Below are positions 37,325 to 47,172 of a DNA stretch of 64,000 bases, piece after piece (the stretch's first letter is position 1; each line of letters begins with the position of its first letter). The position numbers and the translations under genes were made by a program. Location of the stretch: contig CAVYBU010000002.1 of the NCBI GenBank assembly GCA_963766735.1, positions 1-64,000 on the forward strand, written 5' to 3'. This DNA comes from an uncultured Chloroflexia bacterium. GTDB taxonomy: Bacteria; Chloroflexota; Limnocylindria; Limnocylindrales; CSP1-4. The notes beneath the pieces were generated by a model. It ran no database searches and was not told the origin of the DNA. It was given only the letters and a program-made list of their open reading frames with translations.

Positions 37325-39684
37325 GACTGCTCCGGCGGTCGCTCCGTCGCGACATTCGGGCCCGGTGGGCTCAGTTCGTGACCGTCGGCGCGACGATCAC
37401 GCTCGGCGTCGCGCTGTTCGGCGCCTCCTTCGACGCGTTCCAGAACCTGACGGCTTCCTACCAGGAGATGTATCACCGGCTGGCCTTCGCGGACCTGGTG
37501 GCCTCGGGCGGGCCCGTGGAGCAGGTCGCCGCAGCGGGCGGAGCAGTGGAGGGCGTGGACGCCACCACGACCCGGGCCGTGGGCGAGGTCCCGGTCCGGA
37601 TCGGCACGCACAGCCAGCTCGCCCGGATCGTCGGTCTGCCCGCGGACGGCAAGCCCGCGGTCGACGGCGTCCTCGTCCTGCGCGGCACGAACCTGGATCC
37701 TGCCCGCGACGACCAGGTGCTCGTCGAGCAGCACCTCGCGGGCGCCCGAAACCTGGGGCCCGGCGACACGCTGGACGTCATGGCCGCCGACGGCTGGCGA
37801 ACCATGACGGTCGCGGGGATCGTCGCCTCGCCCGAGTACCTGTGGCCGGCCCGCAGCCGCCAGGAGGTGTTGGTCCCGTTCGACCAGTGGGGTGTCCTGT
37901 TCGGACCCGGTTCGCTCGTGGAGTCGCTGCCGTCTGCCGCGATCCAGCACGAGGCGCTGTTCCGACTTGCCCCGGACGCGCCGGAAGGGGCACTGGATGC
38001 GCTCGGCAGGGCCGTTCTCGGCGCCGGCGCCGTGGACGCGCAGCCGCAGGTCGACCAGCCGTCGAGCGCCACCCTGCAGGAGGACGTGAACGGGTTCGGC
38101 GAGATGTCCATCATGTTCCCGGTCATGTTCCTGCTGGCAGGCGCGCTGGCGATGTCGGTGCTGCTCGGCAGGATGGTCGCGAGCCAGCGGGCTCAGATCG
38201 GGATGCTGCTCGCCAGCGGTTTCTCCCGTCGCGCGATCCAGCGGCACTACCTCACGTTCGGGCTGCTCGTCGGGCTCGTCGGGTCCGTGCTGGGCGTGGT
38301 CCTGGGCAGCCTGGCCGCCGCGACCATCTCGCGGCTGTACACGGCCACGATCTCGGTGCCGATCACCGTGATCGAGGTGCGCCCGATTACCGTGCTGATC
38401 GGGCTTGTCATGGGCCCCATTGCAGGCGCCGCCGCGGCCTACTTCCCGGCGCGCCGGGCGGCTCGCACATCCCCCGCGGAGGCCATGCGCGGCGAGCTGC
38501 CGCCCGGGCACGGGACCGTGAGCCTGGTCGAGCGCCTGGTCCCGCCGGTCCGCCGGCTGCCCACGCGGTGGCTGGTGTCCTTGCGCGGCCTGGGTCGGAG
38601 CCCACGCCGGACAGTCTCGACCATCCTGGGGATCGCCATCGCGACCATGCTGGTCCTGGTGTCGTGGGGCATGATCGACACGGTCCAGATCCTGCTTGAC
38701 CGCCAGTTCAACCAGGTCCAGCGCCAGGATGCCGCGGTGCTGCTCGCCGCGCCGCTGCCGGCCGGCAAGGTGGCAGCGGCGCTCGCGGTGGACGGGGTGG
38801 CGGCCGCGGAACCCGAGCTCGATGCCCAGGGTGCGATCGTGCACGGTGATGCCCGGTACGCGACCACGATCGTGGGCCTGCCGCCCGACACCACGTTGCA
38901 CGGGTTCATCGCGCCGGACGGCGCAACGGTGCCGCTGCCCGACCGCGGCGTGCTCCTGGGTGCCGCGATGCGGGATCGTCTCGACGTGCGCGTCGGGGAC
39001 GAGGTGGGGATCGATCTCGGGCGAGGCTCCGTGACCAGCCTGCCCGTCGCCGGATTCGTGGACGAACCCTTCGGGACCTACGCGTACGCCTCGCTGGACA
39101 CGGTCGCGGCCCTGACCGGGCAGGCCACGGGCGATCCGATGGTCGGTTCCGCGCTCGTCCGGTATGAGGATGGTGCCGACGCCGCGGCGGTCGCGGACCG
39201 CCTGGGTGCCCTACCGGCCGTGGCGGCGGTTGTCGCGAGCCGCGGCCTGTACGACCTCGCCCAGCAGTTCATGGGCCTGTTCTACGCCTTCATCGGGGTG
39301 ATGCTGCTGTTCGGTGCGGTGATGGCGTTCGCGCTCATCTTCAACACCATGACCGCCAACATCGCGGAGCGGGCGACGGAGCTCGCCGCCTTGCGGGCAC
39401 TGGGGATGGCGCGCGGCACCGTGTCCCGGCTGGTCACTGCCGAGAACTTCCTGCTGACGGTGCTGGGCCTCGTGCCCGGGCTGATCGGGGGCTACCTGCT
39501 GGCCGCGGTGTTCATGGCCAGCTTCTCCAGCGACCTGTTCAGCTTCGACCTGCACGTGCGCCCGACGACGTTCCTGTTCACTGCGTTGTCGATCCTGCTG
39601 GTGGGCGTGATCTCGCAGGTGCCGGCCCTGCGGAGCGTTGGTCGCATGGACCTGGGCAGGATCGTGCGCGAGCGGGCCACCTGA
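37321..39684 (+). CDS. FtsX-like ABC permease (duplicated MacB/FtsX architecture)
   Basis: 787 aa, two repeats of an extracytoplasmic domain plus TM helices; QRAQIGML and ERATELAALRALG. Confidence 0.88.
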   Translation: MRLLRRSLRRDIRARWAQFVTVGATITLGVALFGASFDAFQNLTASYQEMYHRLAFADLVASGGPVEQVAAAGGAVEGVDATTTRAVGEVPVRIGTHSQLARIVGLPADGKPAVDGVLVLRGTNLDPARDDQVLVEQHLAGARNLGPGDTLDVMAADGWRTMTVAGIVASPEYLWPARSRQEVLVPFDQWGVLFGPGSLVESLPSAAIQHEALFRLAPDAPEGALDALGRAVLGAGAVDAQPQVDQPSSATLQEDVNGFGEMSIMFPVMFLLAGALAMSVLLGRMVASQRAQIGMLLASGFSRRAIQRHYLTFGLLVGLVGSVLGVVLGSLAAATISRLYTATISVPITVIEVRPITVLIGLVMGPIAGAAAAYFPARRAARTSPAEAMRGELPPGHGTVSLVERLVPPVRRLPTRWLVSLRGLGRSPRRTVSTILGIAIATMLVLVSWGMIDTVQILLDRQFNQVQRQDAAVLLAAPLPAGKVAAALAVDGVAAAEPELDAQGAIVHGDARYATTIVGLPPDTTLHGFIAPDGATVPLPDRGVLLGAAMRDRLDVRVGDEVGIDLGRGSVTSLPVAGFVDEPFGTYAYASLDTVAALTGQATGDPMVGSALVRYEDGADAAAVADRLGALPAVAAVVASRGLYDLAQQFMGLFYAFIGVMLLFGAVMAFALIFNTMTANIAERATELAALRALGMARGTVSRLVTAENFLLTVLGLVPGLIGGYLLAAVFMASFSSDLFSFDLHVRPTTFLFTALSILLVGVISQVPALRSVGRMDLGRIVRERAT

Positions 39685-39695
39685 GGATCGCCAGG

Positions 39696-41972
39696 TCAGG
39701 GGGACGGGGCCGCGGCCCTCGTGGCCTCCCAGGCCTCGCACCACGCGCCGAGGACCCGTGTGCCCGCGTCCGCCGTCGCCAGGACCGGGATCCCCGCGGC
39801 CCCCAACCGGTCGATCAGCGGGTCGTAGAGCGCACCTGCGTCGACCACGCAGACCCACGGCTTTGCCGTCTCCGCCCAGAGCCCGGCGAGCGTGGATACG
39901 ACCGCCCCCGGGCGGTCCAGGTCCTCGTCGTGTCCGGGGCCGGGCTCCAGCGTCTCGAACGTGTCCGTCAGCGGGACGATGCCGACGATCCCGACATCGA
40001 CCTCGTCTGCTTCCAGGATGGTCCGCGCCACGGCGCCGGTGATCGCGGCGTTCCCGATCGGGGTCAGGTCCAGCGGGTTGCGCAGGTCGACGAGGGACAC
40101 GATCCCCACGGGCACCAGGATGTCCAGCAGGCGGGCCTCCGTGTCCGGGGCGAACCGGACCAGGTCCAGCGACCCCGCGTGGTCCGCGATCGTCACGCAC
40201 TCGGAGCCGGCGTTGGACATGGCACCCAGGCGGCGGCCGCGCGCGGGCCGTCCGTCGAGCAGCGTGAACGTTCGGACCAGGTCGTCGAAGGCCGCCGGCG
40301 TCTCCGCGATGGTCACGCCCGCGGCACGGGCCAGCTCCCGGGTCACCGTCGCGTCGCCCGCGATCGCGGCCGTGTGGCTCGCGGATGCGCTCGCGCCCGC
40401 CGCCGTCCGACCGGCACGGTAGAGGACCACCCGCCGGCCCGACGCGGTGATCCGGGCCGCCGCCTCGAGGAACCGCAGGCCGTCGAGGCGGGCGAAGCCC
40501 TCCACGTAGACGCCGAACACGCGGACCTCCGGATCGTCCGCGAGGTGGGCCAGGAAATCACCGACGGTGAGGTCCATCTGGTTCCCGATGGTGATGACGT
40601 ATCGCGGGTCCAGCGGGGCCATCCGGGACAGCCGGGTGACCGCGAATGCGCCGCTGCCTGTGATCAGGGCGATCGGCGCGGGCCGTGTGCCGGGTGGCAG
40701 CTTCGAGTGAGGGAGGAACAGGGTGTCGTAGTGGCCGGGTCGGGAGCGGATGCCCAGGCAGTTGCCGCCGTTGATGACGGGACCTCCCGATCCCCGGCCC
40801 CGGGCATCGGCGAGCGCGGCGCGCATCCTCGCCGCGAGGACGCCACCGCCCTCCGTCTCCTCGAGCCCACCGGGGATCACGATCATCGACTCCGCCAGGT
40901 CCCGCTCTGCGACCTCGGCGACGAACGCAGGGGTGGCGGCCGCCGGCAGCACGACCACGAGCAGGTCCACCTTCGCGGGCAGGGACGCCAGGTCCGGCAC
41001 GCAGCGGACCCCGTCGATCTCATCGGTGCCGGGCTTCACGACGATGACGTCGGCCGGGTCGAAACCTGCGCGGAGGATGTTGCCCAGGATCACGCGCCCC
41101 GGGTTGGACCCCGACGACACGCCGACGATCCCGATCGAACGCGGAGCCAGGAGCCTCGCCACCTTGTGCAGGGGCCGCGGCACGCGAATGGGCAGCGGGC
41201 CATCACCGAGGGTGACCAGGACGTCGAGCGCGACCAGCCCGTCGGGCGTGACCGCGGCCGGGTTGATCTCGATCTCCAGCAGCTCGTCCGGCACGAGCTG
41301 GGCGAGGCGCATCAGCCGCGTGACGGCCTCGACGAGGCGGGCGGCCGGAAGGCGCGGCGCCTGCCCGCGCACGGAGGTCGTGGCCAGTCGGACGGCCGTC
41401 GAGCCGGCGAGAGCAGGACCGACGGCGTCGGGCGGCGTCAGGGCGGGGGAGACGATCGCGATCTCGCGACCGGGCTGGAGGTCGGCCGCGAGGGCCTCCG
41501 TCAGGATCCCGCCGGCCCCGACGGCCACCACGGGCCCGAGATCGTCTGTCCAGCGCAGCGAGAGGAGAAGCTCGCCGCCGGGACCCGCGTCGTGGGCGAC
41601 GAACTCGGCGACGGTGAAGCCCTCGGGCGGCTCGCCGAGTCGGTTCCGCATCGCCACCATCGCCGCCCGGACCATCGCCGGATCGCGCGGCACCACGGCC
41701 ACGCCCCCGACTTCGGTCTTGTGGCGGACGCTCCCGGACACCACCTTCACGACGACTCGATCCCCGGGCAGCGCGTCGAGGAGGGCGTCGTCGATCGCCG
41801 CTTCGTCCGCCACGAGGCGCCAGCGCGGCACCGCGATCCCGGCGGCCGCGAGGAGCGCCAGGCCCTCGGGCTCGAGGAGCGTGCTGCGGCCCGCCGCTCG
41901 CGCGCCTTCGATGAGGGCGCGGATGGCGACGAGGTCGGCACCCGGCGGGGCAGGGGAGTCGGTCGGAGTCAC
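39696..41972 (-). CDS. Acetate/acyl-CoA ligase (ADP-forming) family protein, ATP-grasp domain N-terminal
   Basis: HKTEVGGV, EIEINP, CoA-binding IGIVGVS, GGNCLG, GNQMDL, phospho-His ASHTAAIAG, SNAG, NPLDLT. Confidence 0.85.
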   Translation of the reverse strand: MTPTDSPAPPGADLVAIRALIEGARAAGRSTLLEPEGLALLAAAGIAVPRWRLVADEAAIDDALLDALPGDRVVVKVVSGSVRHKTEVGGVAVVPRDPAMVRAAMVAMRNRLGEPPEGFTVAEFVAHDAGPGGELLLSLRWTDDLGPVVAVGAGGILTEALAADLQPGREIAIVSPALTPPDAVGPALAGSTAVRLATTSVRGQAPRLPAARLVEAVTRLMRLAQLVPDELLEIEINPAAVTPDGLVALDVLVTLGDGPLPIRVPRPLHKVARLLAPRSIGIVGVSSGSNPGRVILGNILRAGFDPADVIVVKPGTDEIDGVRCVPDLASLPAKVDLLVVVLPAAATPAFVAEVAERDLAESMIVIPGGLEETEGGGVLAARMRAALADARGRGSGGPVINGGNCLGIRSRPGHYDTLFLPHSKLPPGTRPAPIALITGSGAFAVTRLSRMAPLDPRYVITIGNQMDLTVGDFLAHLADDPEVRVFGVYVEGFARLDGLRFLEAAARITASGRRVVLYRAGRTAAGASASASHTAAIAGDATVTRELARAAGVTIAETPAAFDDLVRTFTLLDGRPARGRRLGAMSNAGSECVTIADHAGSLDLVRFAPDTEARLLDILVPVGIVSLVDLRNPLDLTPIGNAAITGAVARTILEADEVDVGIVGIVPLTDTFETLEPGPGHDEDLDRPGAVVSTLAGLWAETAKPWVCVVDAGALYDPLIDRLGAAGIPVLATADAGTRVLGAWCEAWEATRAAAPSP

Positions 41973-42279
41973 GCGGACAGGGTGCGCCGGGTGGGCACCG
42001 GCGCGCAAGGCGTTCGTGATGAGATGAGGTCGCGCGCACGCCCGACGGCGCGATCCGGGGATCGCTGGTAGGGTTCCCGCCGAACGGTAATCGACAGGGG
42101 TATCAGCTTCATATCGCCGACCCGGCAGGTCTCCTGCCGTTCGGTCGACCCTCGTCGATCGTCCCTTCTGCGCGCTCTCCCTCACGTGGTGACGGGCGCG
42201 CCCCCGCTCTTCCCTGCCGGCCGGCACCGTCCCTACGACATGGTGGATTCTGCCGCCATGTTCGGCAGAGAGGAACACC

Positions 42280-42930
42280 TTGGCGTCCAGCAACCGACTC
42301 CTCGCCCTCGGGCTCGCAACCGCCGTCGCGCTCGCAGGCCTGTCCACGCAACCCGCCGCCGTGGCGGCAACCGACCCGGTTCCGACCCCCGCCCCAACCG
42401 CAACGCCGACGCCGACGCCGACGCCGACTCCGACCCCGGTTCCGACCCCGACCCCGGTCCCTACCCCGGTCCCGACCGCGACGCCGGCGCCGGTCCCGAC
42501 CCCGACGCCGGCGCCCGTGGCGGCATCCCCATCGGTGGTGAAGCCGAACAAGGCGGCCCGGGTCGTCAAGATCGCACTGGCACAGCGCGGCAAGCGGTAC
42601 CGGCGCGGCGCCACGGGGCCCAGGGCGTTTGACTGCTCCGGCCTCGTCCGCTACGCATACCGCAAGGCGGGCGTCTCGAAGCGCATCGGCGGCGGGCACT
42701 CGGCGCGAGGCATGCTCCGCTGGGCTCGCAAGCACCACCTGACCAGCAAGTCCCACCCGAAGGTGGGCGACATCGTGATCTACGGCAACGGCACGCACGC
42801 CGCGATCTACATCGGGAAGGGACGCGTCGTCAGCGCGCTCAACCCGAGGCAGGGGATCCGGGTCACCAGGCTCCACGCGCTACGCGCGCCCGTGACGACG
42901 TTCATCCACACGAAGCTCTCCGGCTCCTAG
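42280..42930 (+). CDS. Secreted NlpC/P60 (C40) peptidoglycan endopeptidase with a Pro-Thr linker
   Basis: Signal peptide, (PT)n tract, GATGPRAFDCSGL, HAAIYIG; GAGGA RBS before the TTG. Confidence 0.88.
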   Translation: MASSNRLLALGLATAVALAGLSTQPAAVAATDPVPTPAPTATPTPTPTPTPTPVPTPTPVPTPVPTATPAPVPTPTPAPVAASPSVVKPNKAARVVKIALAQRGKRYRRGATGPRAFDCSGLVRYAYRKAGVSKRIGGGHSARGMLRWARKHHLTSKSHPKVGDIVIYGNGTHAAIYIGKGRVVSALNPRQGIRVTRLHALRAPVTTFIHTKLSGS

Positions 42931-43212
42931 GAGCGCGACAGGTTCCGATCCCGGCGCGGGCGCCCTGTGCGCCCGCGCCGGGCTGTCCCCTTCCACGAGG
43001 CTGCGCGACCGCGATCTCGTAGCCGACGGCGTCGCACCGGGCGGCCGGCCTCGTGACCAGGGAGCACCGTGATCGCCGCCGCTGGCGCAGTCGCCCAGCA
43101 CGTCACGTTGCGGCGTGCCATGCTCCCCCTGACCCCCGACGAAGCCCATCCCGCGAGGCGTCCCGCCGACCCGCCCGATCCACACGATCACGCCCGGCAG
43201 GAGGACACCGCG

Positions 43213-44535
43213 ATGACCGTCGAAGCCTCCGTCGCGATGGCGGACGATGGAGCACGTCCCACCGCACTGCTGCCCGGAGGGCAGCTCGTCCGGCTCTCCC
43301 TCTACTGGTTCGGGCTGAGCTCCATCTTCACCGGGCTCACGCAGATCCTGGGCGGCCGGATCCTGTTCGACGGCCTCGGTGACCCCGCCATGAAGGCCAC
43401 GACGCTGTTCTACCTCGGCTTCATGGGCACCATCATCGCGGTGATCGTCCAGCCGACGGTGGGCACGATCAGCGACTACACCATCAGCCGCTGGGGTCGC
43501 CGCAAGCCCTACATCTTCATCGGCACGTCGCTCGACCTCGTGTTCCTGTTCGGCGTCGCCTCCTCGAACACCGTGCTCGCCGTGGCGGCCTTCATGGCGC
43601 TCCTGCAGTTCAGCTCCAACTTCGCCCAGGGCCCCTTCCAGGGCTACGTGCCGGACCTCGTGCCGGAGCCGCAGGTGGGGCTTGCGTCCGCACTCGTGGG
43701 CCTGTTCCAGATCCTGGGCAACGGCGCCGGGTTTGCCATCGGTGCCATCGCCGTCGCCACCGGCAACTTCTTCCTGGGCACGATGGCCCTGGGCGTGCTC
43801 GAGTTCGCGACGATGCTCTCCGTCGTCATCCGGGTGAAGGAGGGGAGAACGCCGCGCGAACGGCAGGGCCGAAGCTGGGTCACCATCGCCCGTGAGGCAT
43901 GGGGCACCGACATCCTGCGCGAGCACTCGTTCGTGTGGCTGGTGAGCTCGCGCTGGTTCGTGCTGATGGGCATGAACATGCTGATCAACTTCGCGCTGTT
44001 CTACTTCGTCCAGTCGTTCGGCATCGCCCAGGAGGACACGGACGTGCCGATGATCGCCGTGCTGGTGGCGACGCTGATCGGCAACACCGTGGCCGTGGTC
44101 CCGGCGGCGCGCCTCTCCGACCGGATCGGGCGCAAGCCGGTGATCTACATGGCGTGCGCGGTCGGGTCGTTGGGGTTGGGGATCGTGGCCATCTCACCGG
44201 CGCTCCCGGTCTCGGTGCTCGGCGGCCTGGTTCTGGGGGCCGGCTTCGGCATGTTCCTGGCGGTTGACTGGGCGCTGCTCACGGACCTCGTGCCGAAGGC
44301 GTCCGCGGGGCGGTACATGGGCATCAGCAACGTGGCCACGGCGACCGCGGGGCTGGTTGGACTCGCGATTGGCGGGATCGTCATCGACCTGACCAACGCC
44401 GCGTTCGGGGAGGGGATCGGGCCCCGGCTCGCGATCGGGCTCTCGGTGCCGCTGCTGGGCATCGGAGCGCTGCTGCTGCGGCCCGTGGTGGAGCCGCGCC
44501 GGGCCGGGTCGGCCGGGACGGGCGCCGTCGCGTGA
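43213..44535 (+). CDS. MFS transporter (sucrose/maltose GPH-like)
   Basis: GTISDYT.SRWGRRKPY, LSDRIGRK, about 12 TM helices; GAGGA RBS. Confidence 0.88.
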   Translation: MTVEASVAMADDGARPTALLPGGQLVRLSLYWFGLSSIFTGLTQILGGRILFDGLGDPAMKATTLFYLGFMGTIIAVIVQPTVGTISDYTISRWGRRKPYIFIGTSLDLVFLFGVASSNTVLAVAAFMALLQFSSNFAQGPFQGYVPDLVPEPQVGLASALVGLFQILGNGAGFAIGAIAVATGNFFLGTMALGVLEFATMLSVVIRVKEGRTPRERQGRSWVTIAREAWGTDILREHSFVWLVSSRWFVLMGMNMLINFALFYFVQSFGIAQEDTDVPMIAVLVATLIGNTVAVVPAARLSDRIGRKPVIYMACAVGSLGLGIVAISPALPVSVLGGLVLGAGFGMFLAVDWALLTDLVPKASAGRYMGISNVATATAGLVGLAIGGIVIDLTNAAFGEGIGPRLAIGLSVPLLGIGALLLRPVVEPRRAGSAGTGAVA

Positions 44536-44592
44536 CGCGGCCGGGGCGCGCCCGATGTGATGCGCCCGACGCGGCCGGGGCCTTCAGCGCCG

Positions 44593-46038
44593 CTAACGCT
44601 CCCGAAGCACCCATGCCGCAAGGTCGTTGACGACTTCCTGGGACACGTGCCCCGGCACGCCGTACTCCGCGGGCCGGCTGGGCCCGGTCCCCGTCATCAG
44701 CAGGTGGTTGAGCGCCGGGTACTCGCGCATGGTCACGTTGTCACGCGACCCCAGCCCGGCCCGCCAGGCGGCCAGCTCGGTTGGCGGCACCTGGTAGTCG
44801 CGGCCGCCCTGGGTGATGAGGATCGGGATCGCGAGGTCCCGGGCCGTGGCCACCGGATCGTACTCACGGAGGTCCAGCCAGTATGCGGCCGGAATGCCGA
44901 GCGGCAGCGAGGACGCCGGGGTCGTGGGCGAGAGGCCGGGCGACTCCAGCAGGGCCATCTGGGCCGGCAGCGCCTCGAGCATTGCCCCGGCCTGCGGGTC
45001 TGCTCCCCCCTCGTCGGACGCGAGGTAGGCCAGCTGGTCAGCGATCAGCTGCTGCAGGGGACTGGCGTTTGCCTCGAGCAGCGCGATGCCTGCAAGGCGT
45101 CCGGGTGCCGCTGCCGCAATCCGCGGCGCAAGGTAGCCGCCAAGGCTGTGGCCCGCCAGGAAGACACGCCCGGGATCGATGCCCTTCGTTCCCCGCAGGA
45201 GGTCCACGGCGGCGATCGCGTCATCGGTCGTCTCCTCGCGCACCGTGAGCTCGGCGGACTGCGCCGCCATCGCGGCTCCGTGGGCCTTCGTGCGCTTCTC
45301 GTACCGGAGGACGGCGATCCCCGATGAAGCCAGCCCCCACGCGACATCGCGAAGTGGCTTGTTCGGCCCGATCGTCTCGTCGCGGTCCTGGGGTCCCGAG
45401 CCCGCGACGAGCACCACGGCCGGGAACGGGCCGTCGCCCCTGGGCATGGACAACGTGCCCGGCAGCGCCCACGGCGCTGCGCCCACGGTGACCTCGGTCT
45501 CGGTGAAGGCGTTCGGGTTCACGTACGCGGCCGGGGAGGCCTCCTCGGAGGGCGCTGGCGAGCCTGACGACGGGGATCCGGAGGTTGCCGGACCCGGCTG
45601 GCCAAGGTGCAGACCCGCGACCAGGCCCTCGCCGGACACCGTGACGAGAACGGGGACGGTCGCATTGGCAAAGCGCGTCTCGACCGTCGCGGTGACATAG
45701 GGCGGCTTCTCCTCCAGCGTGACGTCGCCAAGGCCTCCATAGGCTCCGAACTGCGCGATGATCTGCGACCAGAGCTGGCCCAGCGCGGCGGCGGGTGCCG
45801 CCTTGCGCATCGTGGCGTCCTCCATCGCCTCGGCTGCGGTCATGTCCCCGGCCGCGAGGGCCTCGACGAAAGCTCGTCCGATCGCCGAAGGGTCGGTGGT
45901 GCCACCGGATGGGATTGCCGGGGCGGCTGACGCGTCGCCCGACGCGGTCGTGGCCGACGGGCCGGGGTCGCCGGACGCGCAGGCAGCCAGCCCGAGCGTG
46001 ACGAGGGCGACAACCAGCGTGCGTCCGACCACGTTCAT
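44593..46038 (-). CDS. Lipoprotein alpha/beta hydrolase with a DUF3887-like N-domain
   Basis: Lipobox LAAC, GSGPQDRDE, GHSLGG nucleophile elbow, QGGRDYQV, LNH. Confidence 0.85.
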   Translation of the reverse strand: MNVVGRTLVVALVTLGLAACASGDPGPSATTASGDASAAPAIPSGGTTDPSAIGRAFVEALAAGDMTAAEAMEDATMRKAAPAAALGQLWSQIIAQFGAYGGLGDVTLEEKPPYVTATVETRFANATVPVLVTVSGEGLVAGLHLGQPGPATSGSPSSGSPAPSEEASPAAYVNPNAFTETEVTVGAAPWALPGTLSMPRGDGPFPAVVLVAGSGPQDRDETIGPNKPLRDVAWGLASSGIAVLRYEKRTKAHGAAMAAQSAELTVREETTDDAIAAVDLLRGTKGIDPGRVFLAGHSLGGYLAPRIAAAAPGRLAGIALLEANASPLQQLIADQLAYLASDEGGADPQAGAMLEALPAQMALLESPGLSPTTPASSLPLGIPAAYWLDLREYDPVATARDLAIPILITQGGRDYQVPPTELAAWRAGLGSRDNVTMREYPALNHLLMTGTGPSRPAEYGVPGHVSQEVVNDLAAWVLRER

Positions 46039-46222
46039 TTCCTCCGGGCTGCGCCGTGGGCGGCGCGAGTTGCGGCGTTCGCAGGGAGCGCGGCCGCTGG
46101 GACGATGATGCCGCCGGGGCGGGGGCGCCGCATGGGCCGATCGGCCGATGGTGGGAGTGCTCGATGGCGACGGTGCCCGTCGTGACAGCCGAGGTGGCAC
46201 GGCCCGGGTCGACGATGTCGGC

Positions 46223-47062
46223 ATGAGCGAGCTAGCGACACCGATCGCACCCTCAGACCTCTCGACCCTGCCGCTGCCGGCACGCGAGAGCCACTCGTCG
46301 CTCTCCACGTACGCGGCCTGTCCGCGTCGGTACGCCTTCCGCTACGTGGAACGGCTGCCCGGCGAAGTGCCGCATTGGTGGTTCACCTTTGGCTCGGCCG
46401 TCCACGCTGCCTTCGAGGCTTTCGACCGGGCGCGGATCCGGGGCCGGAGGGACGACATGCCCGCCCCCGGGTACGACGTGCTCGCGCGGGCCTTCCACGA
46501 GGCCATGGACGCCGCCGGCTGCGAGCCCGACGAGGCCGCCCGCTACCGCGCTCGCGGCGAACCGGTCCTCCGCGCCTACCTGGAGCGCGCCGTCGCGTCG
46601 GACGCGGAGCCAGTCGGGGTCGAGATGGGCTTCGGGATCGACATCCCGCTGATGGATGGCCAGACGCCGGTCCGGCTCGTCGGCTACATCGACCGCATCG
46701 ACCGCCGTCCGGACGGCGCCATCGAGGTGATCGACCACAAGACCGGCAGGGAGCGGTCGCAGGGCGACGTGGACCGGGACCGCCAGATCACCGCCTACGC
46801 CTTCGCCTGCGCCCGGGGCGGCCTGCACGACCCGGCCACCGGGGACATCCTCCCGGCTGCCGCGCGTCTCGGGCTCCACTTTGCCGAGACCGGGCTCACG
46901 GTCTGGACCACCCGGTCGACGGAGGACCTCGATGCCTTCGGGGCCCGCCTGGTCGGCGAGGTCGGAGCCATCCGCCGCCGGGAGTTCGAGCCGCGACCCG
47001 GCACGGCCTGCCGCTGGTGCGAGTACCGCGCCACCTGCCCTGATGCCGCGCCGTTGCCGTGA
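46223..47062 (+). CDS. Stand-alone PD-(D/E)XK nuclease (RecB/AddB/Cas4-like, Fe-S staple)
   Basis: SHSSLSTY..CPRRY, FGSAVH, E..., GYIDRID, IDHKTG, QITAY, CRWCEYRATC. Confidence 0.85.
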   Translation: MSELATPIAPSDLSTLPLPARESHSSLSTYAACPRRYAFRYVERLPGEVPHWWFTFGSAVHAAFEAFDRARIRGRRDDMPAPGYDVLARAFHEAMDAAGCEPDEAARYRARGEPVLRAYLERAVASDAEPVGVEMGFGIDIPLMDGQTPVRLVGYIDRIDRRPDGAIEVIDHKTGRERSQGDVDRDRQITAYAFACARGGLHDPATGDILPAAARLGLHFAETGLTVWTTRSTEDLDAFGARLVGEVGAIRRREFEPRPGTACRWCEYRATCPDAAPLP

Positions 47063-47172
47063 GCAAGGCACCCCCCGGGCGAGCTGCGTGGGGTTATGGT
47101 GTCGCGACAGCAGCTCGCTAGGACTCTGTCGTCGGGGTCCAGCGTGAAGCTCGCTGTATGAGGAGCAGGCCC

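Noticed and set aside
42080-42280. c-di-AMP (ydaO) riboswitch before NlpC/P60
   Set aside because: The conserved GCCGAATCC and CCCGTCAGCTAAC segments are absent.
42370-42520. Short CCGAC(G/C) repeats, also near 8230-8400, 19620-19760 and 20760-20900
   Set aside because: They encode Pro/Thr linkers of cell-envelope proteins and are not independent DNA elements.
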